Origin: Oopsacas minuta
Lineage: Eukaryota > Animalia > Porifera
Assembly (NCBI GenBank): GCA_024704765.1
Contig: JAKMXF010000299.1
Span: forward strand, 1-64,000
Direction of reading: 5' to 3'
Length of the DNA: 64,000 nt
Part shown: one piece after another, positions 58,283 to 64,000 of the stretch
Layout of the letters: each line of letters begins with the position of its first letter
Position numbering within the stretch: the first letter of the stretch is position 1
Translations under genes and position numbers: made by a program
The notes under the pieces: generated by a model
Seen by the model: only the letters and a program-made list of their open reading frames with translations
The model's database searches: none
Told to the model about the DNA's origin: nothing

Positions 58283-60865
58283 GGTTAAATCTCCAATTAA
58301 TTGCTTTGTAGTAGTAAGTTTGCTCGATTATGTTAGCTTTTATATCTGCACTGTAACTCCTATATTTATGCTGTTGCGTTTTCCTATTGACTTGTTAACC
58401 TAGCCGAGTGATATTATCTGAATAATCTCTGTTTCTTAATTTTCCAATTGAGAAGGGCGTGTTCAGTTGAATTCAATTCCTGGCTTAAGCATTCACAAAA
58501 AAGCCATATTTATATATCTGTAAATGCACTGTGGCTAGAAAAGGAGTTTCTATGGAATGAATAGTGCCATTCTATTCCATTATTTGTTTAATATTGCTGT
58601 GCTACATAGTATTAGGATTAGACCTGCTTTGGAATAGGCTTTGTATTGCATTGGCTGCTGGAATCTGACAGATATTGGCATCACAATGGACATGTTGTCA
58701 AATTGTCATATATAGGACATAGTTCTTCTAATAGAATGGACATTAGGTCATTGCTTAGTGTAAGGTATATATCTCACTACTACCGCGGATATTTTCTTGA
58801 ATAATCATATATTGTTCCCTTCGGTAAAAATTTCTGCTAAATATTGCAAGTTACTGCTTCTGTAATGTTATTTGCATAATTTATAGGGGAATTTGTTTCT
58901 AGTTAGTTGACCACATGTCTGGACTACATTAACCTTTCCTATCAATATGGTTATATTATTGGTTGAAATATTTCTAAATTTTGCATGTTTTCAGCTGATC
59001 CCTTAGATAATTGTAGCTATCTCCCTTGTTACTATCTTAGATTTATACATGTATAATATTTCTCTGCCGAGTAATGTCTTTTTCAGTAAGAGCAATTCTT
59101 TCATAACTTACGGTTTATCTGGTGGAATTTATTAAGTATGTAATTATGATAACGTTATGTCTGCTACTGAGTGATATGGATATATATTTGCAAACTGTTA
59201 CTCGTACAATGTAAATATTCTAAATAATTTCTTTCGATTATATACAAAGTTACGTTTCTTCAAAGAATGTTTATGTAAATACATTGGTTTAACCTAATAT
59301 TGTACTTTGACCTATTGTTGTATTCGTAAACAGTTTCCTACAGCAACCATATGAAATATTAATATTTTCACCTGTTTTGCACTCATATGTTTAATAAGTA
59401 AAGATTTGGTATGTTGATGACTTAATCATTAGCCTCGTCAGAAATTCGGCACTCCCACCTACATGTAATACCGCAAGTATGTTGCAGTTTTTCAACGACC
59501 TTTTCGTAACCTATTAGGCCCAGCTGATTTAAAATGAACACAGAATTGCTATGTACTTTTCATAACCTCAATTAACATTAATTCAACCTTACGATAACTA
59601 ATTTTGTCTCGTTGGTATATGTTAATTTAATTTACCATAGGATAATGAGAATAAATGATCTCTCTTCTCCCTGTTCCCCTCATAATAGTTCTGCTGATAA
59701 TTCCTTAGATGTCTTGTCATAAACACAGAAGGTTAATTATTGTTCAGTACTTCGTTAATCCGGTTGATTGCATTGCAGATTCTAGAAAGCCTACGACTTC
59801 TATTTACTAATCAATCTGCTGATTATTGTCTATTGCGATATTATGTCAGCTGGCAAGGGTGTGTTGGATAAATTCTTGCTGTGTGCAATCATTTCGCCTC
59901 TCTGAACAGAGTAATTATATTTAATTATTTAGTATTTGTGGTGATTAACTCTATTGTAAATGAGTTCTCATTAATTGATATTCGATGGACTTTGCATTAG
60001 TGCTGAATACTGTCTTTGAATTACCGACGATTCCATCCATGATTATCAGCTGAATATATGTAAATCTGTCGGTTATATTCTTATTGTTGCTTTCAACTCA
60101 GCTAATTCATCCATTTCGAAGAGCTTTATTCGATTTTGGTTTCAGCTGAAGTATACATAACCAATTTTATATTGATTTTTTCTTCATATATCGCTATCAG
60201 CATATTTTCTATAATCTAAAATATCTAATTAGCTAAATCAACGTACTAATATTAGTAACAAATTTTGCGTAATTCTCTTCCAAATTTAGTCCCTCTTTGC
60301 GGCTAATTTGCAATGAACCAACAGACATAATAGATTACCTCTCTCTCCACCAATTTATGGTGGTTTAATCGCCACATAGTTGTATTTCCTTCTTCTTACA
60401 TTCTTCCTAATTCTTTTCATTAGGATTGATCACATGATTCTCAACAGTTTGCTCAGCATTCTTTCCATTCTGTGGTCATTTCCAAACGCCCAAACTCTCC
60501 AAATTAATCAATAAGTAGAACTTATTTCTCACCACCATTTGTTTCACAGCTGATTTAATAACTACTAATCAATATTCACATTTATTTTTGAAGTATTCTT
60601 TTACATATCATACATACACGGAATGTGATATTCTCCATATATTATACAAACCAGTACCAAATTTATCTAAACCTTTTGGTTCCAACCTAATGCGAGTTCC
60701 TTCGGATTATTTGTCCAATCGCAATCGTATCCACCACATGAATGGTAACTAACCATGCAATGATTATTCAACTTCTCTAATGACCTTATTTTTAGTATCT
60801 ATTAGCTGTATACGATAGCTAACTGAATTAAGCAACTTCATAGCTTTCTGCATAGCTGAGACAGT

Positions 60866-63800
60866 ATGGCAGCTTTTAAACAGAAAATTTCCGATTTTAT
60901 TTGGAAATCTCGGAAGCATTTAGGCCTTGAGAATCTTAAGTACATTTACCAATTACTTTTGAAGAATAAAGTTGTTACAGAGAGTAACAAAGTAACTCTA
61001 GTCGAGGCTCTACGATCTGTCTCTTATACACATGGCAGAGATTTTAATTTGGGGAGATCAGAATGATTCCAGCGTATTCGACTATTTCCTTGAGAAAAAC
61101 ATGCAATCATTCTTTTTGGATATTCTCAATCAAGGGGAAGGAGCTAGTTTATCTGTTCAGATACTACAAACATTAAATATTCTATTTGAGAACACACATA
61201 AAGAGACATCGATATACTATCTTATGTCAAATGATCATATAACCTCAATCATTTCGTACCCTTTTAATTTCGAGAATGAAGAGAACCTAGCTTACTACAT
61301 TTCTTTCCTTAAAACACTCAGCATGAAGCTGAATATACACACTATACATTTGTTCTTTAATGAGGTTAAGCATCTTAGTCACTTTCCCTTATACACAGAG
61401 GCAATTAAATTCTTTGATCATCCTGAATCCATGGTCCGTATTGCAGTACGTACTCTGACCCTGAATGTATTTCGTGTTGAGAATAAGGATATGTTGAGTT
61501 TTATATGCAATAAAACTGCCACGAGTTATTTCTCAAATCTTGTATATTTTATTGGCAATCACGCCCTACAGTTCGACAGGTTCTTACAGAAAGATGCCAG
61601 TCATCTGACCCTCTCTAAACTAGAGTCTCTTACAGAAGGTCATTTGGATGAGATTCTGTATATTCAAGATATAATATTCCTGAGAGTAGTTCGTCTCTCA
61701 GAAATACTTAGAAGTTTTATCCTCAACAATCTTACTATCCCTTTATACCTACGCTCCCTCACACCCTTAACAGATTCTGTTACGTCACATCCCTCTGATC
61801 TACTCTCTGTCCACACAGCTCTGTTCTTGCTCACACAAATACTCCTCAACATGGAGGATGAGAAAATACTCAATACATTGGTTAGTTGTCTTATTAACAA
61901 GACCCCTAAGACACTATCAAACTTTTATTACTGTCCTTCCGACGAGTTGAACTCTCCCGAGAGAAGGACAAGATCTTCGGCTCAGTTTATGAAGCCCAAC
62001 TTGTCTGTGGTACAAACCCTCTCTTCTCTATCCCTTCAAGCCAAATTCCAGTGCTACGTTCCATCTGTAGAGCGACAATCTGGCTCTCCTCACTCCAACC
62101 TCATAAACTCAGTATATGATGATTTTATGCCCCAACTTAATTTGGAGAGTTCTCATAACACTTCTATGTTACCTACTAAATGTCAGTCATCAGACCTTTC
62201 ATTGAGACGAGCACACTCCTCCAAAACCTCCAATGAAACTATGCCATTCTTGCTATCACAACAGATGATTGGTCTACCATTTGAAAAGCTGTCACTCATC
62301 GATCCTGTCAATCAGACGTCCAATAACATACTACCTACTCCATCTTCTGAGGCAGTAGAGACTACTGGAGAGCTCATACACCCCCTAGGCAGTACTGAGC
62401 AATCTCTTCTCCGTCCTATACCCCAATATCCTGTGTTAGACCAGAATACAGATGGTGATGCTTTAGAATTGGATGATATATTTTTAACGAATATTTCTAA
62501 TGATGAAGTTCCTATAACTTCTCCTCCAAAGCTAGAAACCGTCGTGAGAGATCTAATAACCACATCCCCAGATCTTCCTTCCTCCTCTCCATCTCCTCCC
62601 CCAGACTTACTTCTCTCAATCATTCAATCAGAGCTAGAGTCTCTCCCTCATGATTCCACCCCTCAGACAGATAGACCCTTCATATCCTTGTCTCTCCATC
62701 TACTTACCTCCATGCCTGACGATAGAAACGTGTTATTATCATGTGGTCTACTACTCGCTCTCTTTTCTAACAAAGCCATTGACCCTAACAGACTCGCATC
62801 TCTGGTACCTACCCCAGGAGATCTCAGTCTCTCATTCCCTCTGATTGATATTATCCTCAATGCTATAGAAAACATATTCCACTCAGATAACTGTAGTCGT
62901 CTCTTAACACTTGAGCTTCTAATACACCTGTATTCTCAGTTACGCACTAAGTACACTTTCAATCTCAGTGATCATCAAATAGCTAGACTGGAGTCCATCA
63001 AGGAGGCCAGCATTTCACAGCTAAGACTCTGCTACTCAGGTCCTCATGACGTCATGTTTGCTGATACACTAGATCTAGAGTTCACAGACGTGCTAGCTAA
63101 CAAGATTCGAATAATGCGAGTTCTCAATGACCCCAGTATACTCCTCCCTCCTTGTCCCACCCCTCTATCTGGTGTTGAGCTTAGCAAACGTCTGCCATGT
63201 GGTGAGAATGAAATGTGTCGTAGTAAGATACGTACCTTCTGTCTAATCAGGAGGTTGTACAGCTCCTCTCTCAATATAGAGGAGGACATGCTCCCCTTGA
63301 TACCTACATCTACCTCCGTCTCTGAGAAAGAGACCATAAACTTATCCAATTGTGAACTAGTATACTGCTTACTACCAACTAAATCAGGACAAATGCTTAA
63401 ACGATTCATTGGTATTCACAACGATGAGTTCGTATTAGTAGAAGCTAAACAGGAGCAGATAAGCAAGGGTGTAGTACACTACATAGCCTGTGTAAAACAC
63501 GTTACTCTAACATACGATAAAGAGGACAAGCTGCGTCTCGATCTACGCATTCACAAGCCTGGCAGAGCTACATCATACTTATCAACCTCTCTTGTGTTTC
63601 AAGATAGTATTAGATGTATGGCAGCTATGCAAGCTTTACATAGAGCTACTCAGAAGTTTAAATACGAATGTTCTGTATCTATATCTACACTTTTGAGCCT
63701 TCCTCCCCCCCCTCCCCAGGCTGATGCTTCCTCTCTCTCTGTTACACAGTCTATTATGCGGAATTTCAAGTCTCAAACAGTACCTCTGCTCGCTTCATCC

Positions 63801-64000
63801 TATCAAAGTAACAGGACCACAGTACAGAATACTCAATCACCTATACCAGCAGATGATGACTTTGTTCATGTGGACAGTTCTCAATTTATCTGCCCCCAAT
63901 CTCCCAGGTCTTCTAGCACAAGTGCCTTCCTACAGCCCGAGCAGATATTCGCACCATCTTCTTACCCCTCAAGTCAGACTTCTCCCAAGAAAAACCCAAA
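60866..64000 (+). CDS. CLEC16A: CLEC16A/GOP-1/Ema (FPL domain), 3'-truncated by the window end, with an apparent artefactual frameshift at ~61019-61031
   Basis: 'LENLKYIY..L.KN..VTE.N...LVEALRS' in one frame, then from 61032 'AEILIWGDQNDSSVFDYFLEKNM', 'VQILQTLNILFEN', 'YYISFLKTLS.KLN', 'FPLYTEAIKFF.HPESMVRIAVRTLTLNV'; the stretches I translated were open and the last codons at 64000 have no stop. Confidence 0.93.
61017..61033 (+). other. 17-nt exact match to the Tn5 mosaic end / Nextera adapter (CTGTCTCTTATACACAT)
   Basis: Matches the first 17 of 19 nt of CTGTCTCTTATACACATCT; removing 61019-61031 restores the CLEC16A frame. Confidence 0.9.

Noticed and set aside
58400-60860. Hidden gene or element in the 2.5-kb KLF-CLEC16A divergent gap
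   Set aside because: No ORF of 60 aa or more and no TIR or LTR pair found; only short hairpins (e.g. ~58550-58580) that are expected by chance.
60866-61066. CLEC16A as a pseudogene or programmed frameshift
   Set aside because: The inserted bases match the Nextera adapter, and the downstream frame is well conserved where checked.
2907-63409. Numerous 60-135 aa ORFs overlapping or antisense to the main genes
   Set aside because: Shadow ORFs of long coding regions with no independent motifs.

Overview
Eukaryotic (animal) nuclear DNA: AT-rich, very gene-dense and intron-poor, with short GT-AG introns of about 50-85 bp. The gene set (NF-kB, KLF, MEX3, KSR, Trio/Kalirin) and the compactness suggest an early-branching animal such as a glass sponge; this is inference, not verified. 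The first 2.7 kb holds three different tandem repeats. About 24 protein-coding genes follow: ATG9, AK8, PSMB6, COASY, an orphan helical-repeat protein, SNAPIN, a secreted EEP-family hydrolase, SSU72, an orphan, COX10, APMAP(-), WDHD1, DENND2, KSR-like, MEX3, NF-kB(-), a giant Trio/Kalirin-like gene, ADCK1, an ankyrin-IQ gene, POLR2L, ALDH16A1, KLF(-) and CLEC16A (runs off the end). Most notable: (1) an ankyrin-less NF-kB with a 250-aa N-terminal extension that looks like a TIR-like plus death-fold (DED-like) module, with kB-like sites upstream of its own gene; (2) runs of co-oriented genes with gaps as short as 57-135 bp and unpaired splice-acceptor-like sites just before the ATGs, a possible operon/trans-splicing arrangement; (3) a Kalirin-like protein with two Ig-FN3-kinase modules; (4) a Tn5/Nextera adapter fragment that frameshifts CLEC16A, probably an assembly artefact. 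All family calls come from motif recognition by eye; no searches were run.
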